Assembly: GCA_951406725.2 (NCBI GenBank)
Contig: OX597815.1
Location: 174,530,001-174,594,000 of the forward strand
Direction of reading: 5' to 3'
Length of the DNA stretch: 64,000 bases
Source of the DNA: Octopus vulgaris
Taxonomy: Eukaryota
Shown: positions 24,587 to 38,434 of the stretch, in pieces
How positions within the stretch are numbered: the first letter of the stretch is position 1
Layout of the letters: the number at the start of each line of letters is the position of its first letter
The notes under the pieces: generated by a model
The model's input: only the letters and a program-made list of their open reading frames with translations
Database searches by the model: none
What the model was told of the DNA's origin: nothing
Made by a program: the position numbers and the translations under genes

Positions 24587-25247
24587 GTTTCAAACTACAC
24601 TGTTCCATGATTGCTGCTGGCACCAAAAAAGAAAACTTTCTCTCCACATCCACTACTGCCAAATATGTCCTTGTCAAGGCTTATTTCCTAAGTTTTCCTC
24701 CACTCCCAGCGGCAGATTTTAACCTACAGCTGCCTTGTCAGTTTGGCAGTTTTAATTCGACGCATTCTCTCACAATTCTACACTATGATAGACATTTGTA
24801 CCAATTCTGATTTTTTTTTAATTACCTCAGACTGCTATTTTGTGATATCTTTTTAGAATTCCTTCAATATGAGAAGTTTGCTCTTTTAAACTTTTCTTAT
24901 TTTTTAACTGAACTGAATTTTTATTATCAGTGTTATGGCATCGAAGGTTTTTACTTCTGGAATGGCTATGACATGTGGTGTGCAACCATACTAAACTTAG
25001 CTGAAAAAGCTTTAAAAAAAAAAGGGGGAAACATGCTTGTTGTTGTTTTGCTTTGTTTTGCTATTCTTTTTTATGATAAATGAGTTATTGACTGTTTCTG
25101 CTGAGTTATACGTGGTGTTACAAAGCTATCTATTTTAAACTCTTAAATGCTGACTCTCTTCTCACCTCAGCAGGGCATTTGGTGAGCAGCAGAAAGAAGT
25201 CTGTATTTACCACTTCTGGCAATGAAAGAGATGAAATTATTTACTGT

Positions 25248-25253
25248 AATAAA
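25248..25253 (+). terminator. Candidate proximal polyadenylation signal of Ro60-like gene
   Basis: AATAAA ~660 nt after the stop, with T/GT-rich sequence downstream; the hexamer is common by chance in AT-rich DNA. Confidence 0.35.
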
Positions 25254-26954
25254 CTATTAAAAAGTATTTACACACCCAAGCACTCACTTGAACATTTGTC
25301 GTCTTATTGTTTCCCTTCTCACTTCTGCCTCTTGTATTAGTTATGCTCTCATTTCTCCATTATGTTTTCTGTACTCTTTACTGTCCTGTAATAAATTTTC
25401 TTTTCTCTACTAATTGGGGTTCATACACCTATTCACCAGTTCTCTTTCACCTTATGATATTCTTCAATTTCTTCTCCATCTACTAGCCCCAATTATCCCA
25501 CATCAAATATTTCAACATCACTTCTAGTTATATTTCATAGGTTTTTCCTATGACAAAATTTCCGATATATTTCCAAGATGAAAAGATCCCTTCTCATTAC
25601 CCCACAAATTTATACCCAAAATTTTATATAGTATCATTAGAATGATGAACTATACTACAAGCCAAGCAATATATATGCACTTATGTGTGTGTATAAATAT
25701 TTGAACATTTTAGAAAAAATTCTTAATACAGTCAAAATATTTGAAAAACGATTTTTTTTTAATTAAAAATTATTAATTATATAAGAAATCTTTTTTAAAA
25801 AATAACATTAATGGAGACCTGATGATGAAAGTGCTCACAGAAAGACTTTCTGTATTCAGTTTTTCAAATATACATAGTATCCACATACTACATGTATTTG
25901 AAAAGCTGGAAAGAATGAAAGTACTAACACAAAAACTGTGTTACTTTCTATGTAGTATATATACATATATATATATATATATGAGTGTGTGTGCATATGT
26001 TATACACACACTTGCACACATGCACATGTATATACACACGCATATATATAATGAATCCTTCCATTTTATATATCACTATTTTTGAGTGCTTATTTCTTCC
26101 AATACTTCTGTGTTGAACACTGGTACATGGAGTAAATAAAACATTAAAAAAAATCTATTGAAACTTCAATTATATTATTCATTGTGTATTGTGCAAAAGT
26201 GGAGTGAGTGTGAAGAAACTGGTTTTCTTCTAATAAAGGATGGGAATTTAAATTTGGCTTTAAAAAAACCTTCAGTTAATGTAAAATCCCCAAAAAGAAG
26301 TGTACTGACTCTTCATAAAATCTAGTCTTAAGTTTATAGTTTTTTGGTGTGTTTTTTAGTTATATCACAAAAGAATGAAACAAAAAAAACTATTTTTGTT
26401 TTTTATTTCCTATTCTAAGATATTTTTCTACATGCATGAACTTCCTTCCTAATGTTATAATTCCTTGAGTACAAATTATCTTTTGGTTTGAGCTCCTGCT
26501 CAATCATAATCCTCGCTGTAGCTTTTTGTACTACCACTAATCTCTTGTTATCTCTCTTTAACTGGTGTTCATTGAGTCACCCACACAAGCATGGCAGAAT
26601 TTTTTTTTTTTGTTCATTGTTATCATGTTACCACACATTGCAAGAAGCTGTTATTACTTTTGATGAATTTTTTTATTTTACCTTTTCAATGTCTTGAATA
26701 TTGTTATATGTATTGCATGCATTCCTAATTTTGTGAGGATTGCTCATTTCTTAATATACTGGGTTTTTTTTCACAGCATACTTTCTCTCTCACACAAAGT
26801 CTCCCATTATATGTGTATGTATTCATAATGTATAGCATATGTGTGTTTGTGTACACATACACATACAGACACGTATATATGCATTCATACATTCATTCAT
26901 ACATACATATATATATATACACACACACACACACATATGTACATATACATATGT

Positions 26955-27006
<52 letters not shown>

Positions 27007-27008
27007 TA

Positions 27009-27871
27009 TATGAGGTCTGATCAATAAGTTTCCAGATTGTTGCCATAGTAATGAAGCTAAAGCATGCAGGGTGAAACCGCTTGGCAAAGATTGACCTTGA
27101 TCTCTACAGTGCATGCACACTAAGTTTTAACGTTCTAGCTCACTTCCACTATTTACAGCAGTGCTTGGAGGGAAGGTGTGTAATATGTGATCGTTGCATT
27201 GACCATGACAGGAAAAGTTATCATGCCGATACCTGTTCAAAGGCCTATACAAAGTTGCAGAAAGTATATGAGCCGCACAGAAGTGTACAAGTGGTTCAGA
27301 TGTTTCCAAGATGGCTGAAAAAATGTTGATATTATCTCAGTAGAACTGAGGAAAATATCGCAGATGCACGTGCAACTGTGAGGGAAAATTGTCGAATCAC
27401 TATCTGTGAGTTATCAGAGGATGTGCAGATCAGTTACAGTTCAGTTCAGTCCATTATTACTGAAGATTTGGGTATGAGATGTGTGTCTGCCAAGATTGTG
27501 CTGAAACTGTTTTCAGCTGACCAAAAAGACACTCTCGCTTCAATTGCACAAGATCTCCTTGATAGTGTCGTGAACAATGCAAACTTTTTGAAAACTTTGT
27601 GTAGACCTCTGAGCAGGTATCGCCAAGCTTTTGGCAAAATTTGATGCAGATTTTCTGCTCAACTTTCTCTGTCATGATCAATGCAATGATCTCATGCTAC
27701 ACACCTTCCTTCCAAGCAATGCTGTAAACAGTAGAAGTGAGCTAGAACATTAAAACTTGGTGCGCATGCACAGCAGAGTTGAAGGTCAATCTTTGCTAAG
27801 CAGCTTCACTTTGCATGCTTTAGCTTCATTACTATGACAACAGTCCAGATACTTATTGATCAGACCATGTA
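27009..27871. mobile_element. Fold-back mariner derivative made of two 5' ends
   Basis: ~210-bp inverted arms 27009-27220 and 27660-27871 start ta(t/c)..ggtctgatcaataagt. The + strand encodes the mariner N-terminal HTH region (RITICELSEDVQISYSSVQSIITEDLGMRCVSAK); the - strand encodes MTEKVEQKICIKFCQKLG. Confidence 0.85.
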
Positions 27872-29248
27872 TGTGTGTGTATATATATATATATACACAT
27901 ATGTGTGTGTGTATGTGCATGTTTGTATAACTATATATTATGTGTGTATACAAAAATATACATACACACACACATACACACTTGAAAGAAGATTCAGTGA
28001 TAGAAATTTGAGAGCAATTTTTCAGCATAAAATTTGAAAGTTTAAATGTATGACACAATTTTCATTAAATTATTTGTTTCTTCTGGCTTTTTTGTTTCTT
28101 TTGGGTTTTTTTATATTTTTTTACACAGAAGAGGGGACATGTTTTATTTTCGTTTGATATGAAATACTTTAAAAAGCAGAAAATTTGAATAGCTTATAGT
28201 AGCAAAGAAAATCCAACTTTAGAATCAGCACTTCTTTCTGTCCTGTTTTTAATCTTCCTTCTACGTGTTGAATATCTTAAAAATTTAAATATGTACTAAA
28301 TTTCTAATTTGTTTTATTCTTATCCATAAATAATATCACATCTAAAGATAAAAATGCTAGCATCAATAGCCAGAAAGTTACCACCATGAAAATAGCTTGT
28401 TTAGATTAGAAAATATTGAAAGTAAGATATATATAAATTTTTGTTACTATTTTGTCAGTAAAAATGAAACAATACTATATGTTCATCTGATCCAGTTTAG
28501 AAATTATATTTTATTTCTATGAAAATATTTCTGGAAAATATTTTTAAAACTTCACTGTTTAGTTTTACTCTTAGCAGTGCAGCATTCCTTTATTTTTGAA
28601 TGCAGTTTTGTTTTTTGTTCCTCACTTTCTTTCTCTGAAATGTTTAACACAGTAAACTCGAGCTATGCTAAATCTCACCTTCTTTGCATTCCATCTAACA
28701 TTGCTTACTGTAACCTTTTTTTTATTTTTCTTTGTGGTCCAATACAATAACTCTTTTCAAGTATTGTGTGATAATATTTTAATCCATCACTAAATTCTAT
28801 GAATTTCTGTATTTTTGATTTTAAGTGGCTTTTTAACTAAATATATATTTAATTGATTTAAATTAGCTCTTTCTGTATTCTGATTTCACAGCCGAAATGG
28901 AATTCAGTAACATATATTTTAGCTTAATTAAAAGGTTCACACCTGACATAACACTGATTATTCCAGATATTTAGCAAAAAAAAAAGAAGCTTTTACCAAA
29001 TGTTTTAAAGATTTTACAGTAAAGTTTAGATTAATTTTGCATTTATTTATTTGATAAACTTTTTTTTAACCTTTATGCAACAACAAAAGGGTATTGAAAT
29101 TAAATTTTAAAACCAGATATGCAGTTTTTCTTTGAATAAAATTTTTAAAAGCAAGCTCAAATTCTTTAAGGTTAATTAATATTTCACAAAATTGGAAAAT
29201 TTTAATGCACAGTTTGATTCTATTTGTTTTTTAATCTATTTCTGTGTT

Positions 29249-29474
29249 TTAATCTGTTCAGTACCAATCTGCCTGAGATCACTGTGGGCCTGTAACACAA
29301 GCTTCCTGTTTTAAAAGGATCTAAATTAAAACCTACCATCAAAATTTCATTATAATTTATGTTCCAAACACCAGCTTAATAATAACAGTTATTTTATTAA
29401 ATTCTTCAGTATCTTAAAAATTAATTGGAAGAAAGGAAGTAAATTTCAACTGAATTATAGTAACAAAGAGTTAA
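29249..29474. mobile_element. TTAA-target MITE
   Basis: ttaa...gtaacaaagag-ttaa; internal similarity to 33040 and 38206 copies. Confidence 0.65.
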
Positions 29475-32400
29475 TACATCTTCAAAGGATTTAACATTTT
29501 TATTTAAACTGCTATTATCAAATTTTCAATGAAGTAAATTATTAAAACATTTTAGATCAAAATTTGTTAATCCCGAGAATGAAATAGTTTTGAGAGTTCT
29601 ACATATTTGACTTGATTTGAAATCATGTTTTGGAACTGAAACAACTAAGTCATGGAAAAACCATTTTAGCTATTTAAAAGTACACACTAGTTATTATATT
29701 CAGTTTTCATTTATGACTTAATAGTACTGTCTTTTATGAAGTGCCGAAAAGTTTCATCACACTTCTGCATCCTGGTCACTGAAGCAGTTCCACCTCATAA
29801 AATAGATTTATTTTTGTTATTGTAAAAGGCATTGCAATGCAGTAATAAATTCTTAAATTGAGTCCTTGGTCTGGTTTCAGTTTCTACCTGGATCAATTTT
29901 ATTTATGTCTAATATGATTGGACTATCATCACTTTCCTTTCCTGTTTTTAATTTTACTGACCTGTTAATCAACTTCACTACTTTGTAAAGAAAATTATTA
30001 TTAATCCATTTGCACCAAAGAGTTGTTGACAATACCTGAAATTTCTTTTATAACAAAATCAATTAAAAAAAAAAATGCTGAAACTCCTCTCATTTTAAAA
30101 ATTCATTTCAAGTATTATGTTTGATCTGCTTTAATATAGTAGCCATTGTACATGCAGCCAGAAACTGGTTATGATAGAATTTAATAGATGTGATTGCCTG
30201 GCTTAATAAATGTTTGGAAAGGAGTTATATTTTTGTAAGTAATTAACATTTATTTTTAAAAACGGAATTAATTACAGCTTTCCTCTTTAGTACTTAATTC
30301 ATATTTTACTAAATTTTAGTGTATTTATCTGCTATCTTGCATATTCAAAATAAAAATATATTATTCCTCACCTATACTTTTAATCGAATGTAATATTTCA
30401 TCATTAAGGAGTTTTTCTAGAAATAATTCTACTCAATAGTCCATGGCTTAGTTTGTATTGTTACATGTTCACTTTAAGAACAGCATGACTGTTACATATT
30501 CCAGTGCAGTGAAGTTGTTATAGACTAGAGGCTTTATAATATTCAACTTAGACCTTTAGCTTTTTTAATACAAAACTTGCTATGGCTAATTTTGCATTTC
30601 ATCCTTTGTAATTGGTAGAAGTAATACCAATAGATTAAGTTTGTCAATCATATCCTCTTTCTAACTTAAAAGAATTTTTTTTAAAAAAGAAATTTGTACC
30701 AAAGAAAACTCATTACTTCATATTTTCATGCCAACATGTCTCACATTCTTTTTAACAATTTTATATCAGCATACAGTAAATGGTCATTTTTATTTACTTA
30801 AATAGTAAAGACATAACCATTACCTTTTCCTAACAAGGATTTGAGGTGAATGAGCAAAATATTCTAGTCAAATGCTCTTTCTGATACATTTGTTGTGTCA
30901 TAAGCACTTTCATATATTCTGTGTAAGTGTTTCATATTTTAAGTCTGTTTATTGTGGTTTAAAGGTTTACAACACCTAGTTCAGAACTGGGTTTTCCTAA
31001 TGATCTGCTTGTCTAAAAACCACATTAGTTTGATAATGCTTAAATTACATTGATGTATTCAATTGCTTTCAGTATGACTAAAATTTTAAAATTTCAATTA
31101 AGTATTTGAAAATGCCAAATTCTAGTAATTAAAACTTGTCAGTGTAAGATTCTCTTGTCAAACATCTAAAATCTCCATGCTCTTTATGCTACTTGGACAA
31201 CATAAATGGTATCTTTTCCAATTTATCTAGTTTCTTCAATAAAAGTGTTCAGAACACTTGATTTATATTTTTTTTCAAACTTACATCACTTACATTTAAA
31301 ATTGATGAAACACATATAATTTGATTTCTTAACTTTTGTAATTAAGCTATTGACAAACTATCAATATTCCTTGTTTTTTAATTATTTGATGCATATAATA
31401 ACCATCTCCTTGCATTAATAGTTCAACTGAATTTTTTATTTGCATTGGATTTTGTGTTTAATACTGATAGGTAAAGCTTAAAATTTATAAGAATCTTTTT
31501 TCAGCTTTGTTGAGTCAGCTTCATGAAATTGAAACATGTCTGGAGCTGTCTCTTGTACTTACCAAAATTATTTAAAATATTAGTCATTAAGCTTTTCCTC
31601 ATCACATAGATGTTTTAATTAACTGCCTAATGTTTGTTACAATAAATATGCTAACTTAACTATCATTCTTCATATAAATGGTATCTCTGAGTAATTAGCC
31701 TCAGTGGTTAAGTTCCATTTATATCTATCTTACAAGTAAGTTTCAAAAGAAGAAATTTCATTTCTTTTAATACTTTACTAAAATAGCTATAAAAGTCAAA
31801 TTATCTGCCAAACATATTAAATATTTTTCATTTTGAATAGATTTAGTAGCTGTTACCTTTCTTAATTCTGAGTATTTATTATAATAATTTATTAAAAATA
31901 CTAATTAAGCTTGTTTTTGTTGGCACCAGCCTTTTATGTCTCATTCTCCACTGAAGTGGAATTGCATTTCAATTGGTATACTTGAAGTTAAAAGAAAATT
32001 CAAATTAATTCTGTAATAATTGGATTTAATTTAGCTTTTAAATATTTTCGTTGACAATCACATTTGTATTTTGGAAATAAATATCTTACGCTATCTCCTT
32101 CAAAAGCATCAAAATTTGTTGAAATTCTTCATCCAAAGCCAAATGGTGGTTAGCATAAACGCTTTTCAAATGTAACTCTCAGTTTTGTACCACGTAATAT
32201 ATCTCATGTTTTGTTTTTAATTCTACTTTAGAAAGCTTCAAGCAGCTAAAATTTCATGCCCAAATGCCATTACATTTTTTTTTAATTAAAATTTCAAATC
32301 AAACCGTTATTATATGCAGTGCCTTAAGATTTGAAGATTTGTTAATTTCCATTTTCCCAACTTTCATTCACAAACATTTTAAAACTGTAAATGTTTAGAT

Positions 32401-33039
32401 TCTCTACAATTACTGTGGTATTTAGAATTGATCAACATATTAAATATAAGATATGATACACTTGAAAATTGAAATGTTGGCACATTTTTTATCAACATAA
32501 AGTTTGAGCCCTTAATTATTGAAGTTAAAATAATAACACTAAAAATAGGGTAATATGCAAAGTCAGGACCTTAAATTTTGTTTCATCACAAAATAAGAAA
32601 AGAAAGAAAATTTGTTTTCAAACATTTTCCAAATCATTATTAAAAATGAAAATTATAAATCTTAAATCATTTTTATCTCTATTTCATTTGTTTTTATGGT
32701 GTACCTATCAAAATGTATAACAATGTTACTTTTGTGATAGACAATAGTAAATGTGGCTGCCTATCATGTGGATAAATTATTGGATTGGATGGTGTGCAAG
32801 GCAAGTAACTGGATTGTTCTAATAAGTCATCATAAGTTTTAACGAAGAAAGAAAAAATTATCAATCTCTATAAGAATATTCTCAAATGTCCAAAAATCAA
32901 AGAAAATTCATCAAAGTTAAAAAATATTGGAATTTCCAATTTTGGAAAAATGTAACTATTATAAATAAATAAAAAATTATAACTTTCTGACTGTTATACA
33001 AAGTGATGAAGTGTCACTGGCCAAATGATCTGTCCTTGT

Positions 33040-33266
33040 TTAACCCTTTTTATACCAATACTAAACTGTTTGATACCACCTCTGGTCTATGTTAAAAAAA
33101 TTCCTATTTTAAAGTGATCTGAATCAAAACCTTGCACCCAACTCATATTTATGTTCTAGACTTCAGTTTAATATTGAATTATTGTACTAAATTCCTTTAT
33201 TATTTTCAAAATTAATTGAAACAAAAGCAATGTATCTCAACAGAAATATAGTAACAAAATGGTTAA
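33040..33266. mobile_element. TTAA-target (piggyBac-like) MITE
   Basis: ttaa-ccctttttatacc ... gtaacaaaatgg-ttaa; TTAA at both ends. Confidence 0.75.
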
Positions 33267-36200
33267 CACCACATTGCTCACATACCACTGATATTCCACA
33301 TGCATTTGTTTATATGCCCTGCTATGTCAATAAATAGGTCATATCAATGAACCTTGCATAAATCTAAGCATCTCAAATGTTGCAAAATTTGGGGCCCTTA
33401 TCAAAGTATATTACCTTGAAATGTATTTATAAATTCCAAAAAGTAAATAAAAATGTGTTTCTGAACCTAAATGTTGTTGCATTGGAAATATTTTGTGTTA
33501 TTTTTACAAACAAGAATCAATAAACTATGAATTAGAACTAAAGTGCTGTATTCTAAATCATAAATTCTCATTCTATATCCATTTGATTCTCTAACTATTA
33601 AAACTTTTTAGTTGTGTTCTAAATAAAGAAATTATGATTTACTATATTATTTTTCTGAAAATTGTGTCATCACCCCTATTTTATTTTAAATTAATATTTA
33701 TGTTGTTTATTTTTATTTCTAATGAAAAATGTAATCTGGAAAATTTTGTACATGGGTCTTTAGTTTTTGTTTAATTTTTGCTTTAAAGATAAATAAGTGA
33801 AAAATGAAAACAAAATGTGTATCTTCAAGTTTATTTTTGAATTTTGTAATGAAATGCATATCTACAGACATATGAACCCAAACAATAAAGAGAAATACAT
33901 TGGGTCCACAATATAATATATATATATGCTAAAAATTTTATAGCATATAAAACTTTAATATAATTTATTAAAATACTGAAATATGCATAGTATACATACA
34001 TATATAAAGTATTCTATGGTTTTGTTTGTTTGTGCAATCAAAGTTGTAAACCCTAAGCACAAGAAAAATATTATCAAAAATAACTTGGTTTGGAAAGAGA
34101 AAAACCTGTTTTATTTGAGGTAAAATGTCTCACTTCATAGCTATTATCATGGAATCTTTATATTTCTATAAGTGTGTATATAAAACTTTATGTGTATTAA
34201 ATACACATCGATTTATAGTAATGCTACAAAATTATATTTGTATATTATTATGCATATATATTATTCTTTTTGGGGTATAGCCATCCAAATATTCATATGA
34301 TATTACATACATGTTTAATATTTCTGTTATATACAAGCAAAAAAATGTATTGCAAAGTGAGTTCCTATGTGTAAATATATGCATATCTTACCCAATTGTT
34401 ATTTATCAATTTTATAAATGAAATCTGTCCTCAATCTATGGGAAAATGTTAGAGTTGCAATCCAGGTTTATTTTACTATTTTCAAGCTGTGTGATTGTGC
34501 ACATCATGTGTGTGTGTATGTTTTTAACATATATATAATGTACACATATATATATATGATATGTATGTCTGGGTGTGTGTATGTATATATATATATACAC
34601 ACTATGTATATGCAATGCAAGTAGCATACATTTTATTTTGTATATAAATAATAAAGATATAGGGACACAACCAAAAAGTGTATGTATAGTTACCCTCTGA
34701 GGTATGATTCACTCATGAAGACAAGTTTCTAATTCATTAAAGTATTAAGTGCTTAACGATAAATTTTCATTTTTTTTTTCTCTCATTTCTCCTGAATTTA
34801 AACATAAAATCTGAGAAGCAATTATTATTTCTAAATAATTATGCAAATTTAATTAGTTTTCCATAATTTTAAAATACCAAATTATTGTTTCAGATATTAC
34901 TAGCTCATCATTTTTAAAATAAGTAATTTGTTTCAAGTTACAAGAAATGAGAATTCATGACTGAAGAGTGAACTTGAAAAACATCTCAGCTGAAGATAAA
35001 GGTGTATGTGTGCATGCATGCAGTTATTTTAATGAAACAAAGTGGGGAAACAATGCAATCTTTATTACTAGATATTAAACAAAATATCTAATAAAATCTC
35101 TTGACATTAGGTGCAATATTTAACTTTCATAGCTCTTCAATGATTATCAGCCCCTTCTCCAGGAAGTCAAGCATTCTGTTTTGTGATAAAACAATTATTT
35201 ATTTCATTTCTCCATAAAAGTTTTATACTGACTCGACTACTATATTTAATGACAACATGCTTAAAAATTATGTTACCCCTACTTCCCTAAAGAGCAATAT
35301 AAACGAATCACTGCACCCAGTATCAGGAGATTTTATGAGATTCTTTAAGGTCTAATAATATAGATTGTCTTGCCACCCAGAAAATAACTGCATACATATG
35401 TAAAAAGCTGTATTGTCTACAAAACATTTACAACTATTGAGCATTCTGTATTAAGCATGTATTTATGGAATAGTTGCAATATTGATTGTATTATGAGAAA
35501 ACTTCAATTATTTAAAATTTCTTCTAGAAAGAAATTTAAGTGCTTTTGAAAAAAACTGCCTAAAAGAGCTTTGAATATTTATCATAAAATGGGTAAAAGT
35601 GTGTTTCGTAGTTTTATATGCCTTCTTTGCCAAGCTTATAATTTTAACATAAAATCATAGTATCAGAGATTTATAAAATAAAAATTTGAATTAGTTTCAA
35701 TAGTGCCTTTTTATGTGAAGTTTCGACATATCCACTCACACATCTCTAAATTCTTGGAAAATTTGCAGCAGTTGTTCTCAACAAGGTATAGATAAGGGAG
35801 TACATTCATAAAGAGTTGAAAATATGCTTCAAAGAATTAGATACTACAAATTTTGTCAGTATTGGTAATAGACATTTCTTAAATGAAAAATTATATCTGA
35901 AATCCTTTTAAAAGAGTATTCTTAAGGCTACAAAAAATTTATATATATATTTTTTAAATATATTCAAAGAATAAAGGATACTTAAGATTCTCCTAATAAA
36001 ATTTTAAATAAATCAATTAATTTTGATTTTTAAGGAAATGTCTGTATTTATCTTTTCTAGTTATTAAAGATTTATTTGCAAAATATTCCTTTTAAATGGA
36101 GTTTTTTATATTTTGTTTCATTTTATAGAAGTGTTTTGGCAAATTGATTAAGATTCTGAGCAGTTGAGCTGAACATTAAATCTGAAACTTATTAACACCA

Positions 36201-36480
36201 CATCAATTTTGATTTTTTATAAATTTGGTTGCAGAAAGAACAGCAACCATATATATTTATTTACTTCAGTTTTCCCCAACTTACAAGTTAATTGTAAGAA
36301 AAGAAAAGGTATTAAGAGGAAGTTTGAAATAGATGTATTTATGAAGAGGAACAATTGAGTTAAGTGTTTAGTATAGATCTAATGCAGAGTGAGAGTGACA
36401 CTAGAATCCACAGAATAAGACATATACATTACGTAGACGTGGGAGAAGATATAAAGTTTGTTAATTCAGAAACAATTCTG

Positions 36481-36697
36481 ATATTGGTTTCAAATTTTGC
36501 ACAAGGCCAGCAATTTCAAGGATTGGGGTAAGTCAATTATATCAACCCCTGGATTCAAATGGTATATATTTTATTAACCCCAAAAGGATGAAAGGCAAAG
36601 TCAACCTCAGCGGAATTTGAACTCAGAACATCAAGACGGACAAAATGTCACTAAGCATTTTGTCCAGTGTGCTGACAATTTTACCAGCGCACCACTT
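36481..36697 (-). mobile_element. Family-A tRNA SINE
   Basis: Reverse complement of the family-A consensus (ggatgaaaggcaaagtcaacctc...ggaatttgaactcagaac). Confidence 0.88.
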
Positions 36698-36722
36698 TAG
36701 AGGCAATTGTTATATTAGTAAA

Positions 36723-36935
36723 GGTATGAGCTGGCGGAATCGTTTGCATGCCAGGCAAAATGCTTAGCAGCATTTCATCCATCTTCACATTCTAAATTCA
36801 AATTCCACTGAGGTTGACTTTGCTTTTCAGCCTTTTAAGGTCAATAAAATAAGTACCAGTTGAGCACTGGGTCAATATAATCAACTTACCCTTCCCTGGA
36901 ATTGCTGGCCTTGTACCAAAATTTGAAACCAATAT
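36723..36935 (+). mobile_element. Family-A tRNA SINE, head-to-head with previous copy
   Basis: gagctggcggaatcgtt...ccaaaatttgaaaccaatatt. Confidence 0.88.
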
Positions 36936-38205
36936 TAATGAAAGAATTAGAAGATAAAAAATACAGGTTAACAATTGATCATTAGCTGAAGAAACATTTT
37001 TGTATACAGAATGTCTGCTAAGCTAAACTGAATCACAGTTACAGTCAGCGAAGTTAATAGAGTGTGATCCTGCCTATGAAAGACTGATACTTTGTGTGCT
37101 AAGCATTGCTCTTTCTCATGGACGCTTAACCCTCAATAATTCATCAGTGTAAATTGTAAGATTTTTTATATAAGTAAAAAGTGCTTTGTTGTGTTGCAAT
37201 AATAAACTTAAATCCTTGTATTTACAGATGATAACAAAAGCAATTCCCCTCTATGCTTCCTTGAATTACTAAATAAAATGGAATTTTCAGTTGTGTACTA
37301 ATGATATGGGACATTATTTATAACTGCATCTTTGTAAAGGTTTCTTTTCAAATTTAATAGAAAATTTGAAGATAAACAACCATAATCTAAACCCATTATT
37401 TTGAGTTAACAAAGAATACTCTAAGTAGTTGATGCACTTGTTAGAAGTAGTAGTCAAATTTACCTCAAATCACATCATATCATCTTGAAAAAAGTGTAAC
37501 ATTTTGTATGTTCCTGACATGAGCATCCTAGAAAGTTTGAATGCCGGGGACAAATTTTTTCAGGTCATTATGGCTGGAACCATTTGATCAGAGATAAACT
37601 AGGGTATTATTTTCTGTTCATTCTTCTAGTTCAAGTCTATTTACTAAGCAATATTTTTTTTTTGGTAAAAAATAAGACAAACACCTGAGCCTATTTGAGA
37701 AATCCATTTAACTGTTCTTCCACAGAATGAGCTCTCTCAAAGATCTAAAAACACTCCAAAGATCCTTAAAATTTTCGGTAGTGGGGGACACCAGGACAAG
37801 AATATATCACAATTCAGAGCTAATACACATGTGCTGCCTCTTATCTGTCAATGGTTTCCTTCTTAGAATGCCTAACAATCTTATTTCATTGTAAAAAGGT
37901 TTTTTAATAGATGAATGCTAGAATTCAATGGGTATGTATGTTTGTAAACTTTTGTTTTCTGAATATCTTCAGCTGTAACTCTTAATATAAATCTCAAACT
38001 AAACTCTTTCTTTTGTAACATTTTTTTCTCAGCTCTTTCATATATGCTGTCAAAGAATTTTCATATTATCTCAAACCCACTCAAGATTAGGAATTAAATT
38101 GGCAGCAACAGCTCTGCTACATGCTAAAAGTTACATGTTTATGCATATTCCAAAATTAAAATGTCTATAAGAATATACAGCATAGATGATGTAGCCAGAA
38201 ATATT

Positions 38206-38434
38206 TTAACCTTTTTGGATGCCAACTTGTCTGAGACTGTATCTAGTTTCATGATACAAAACCTTGCTTTTTAAAGTGTTCATATTTAATTAAGATTTTC
38301 CATTATAATCTTATGAAGAACCTTTTTCAAATTAGTTGCTTTACCAAAGTTCTTCAAATTCTTCACTAATTTCAAAATTAATTGAAGCATGTAGGCAGTG
38401 TATTTCATTAGAATTATGGTTACAAAAGGGCTAA
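38206..38434. mobile_element. TTAA-target MITE
   Basis: ttaa-cctttttggatgcc ... ggttacaaaaggg-ctaa; same family as 33040. Confidence 0.7.
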
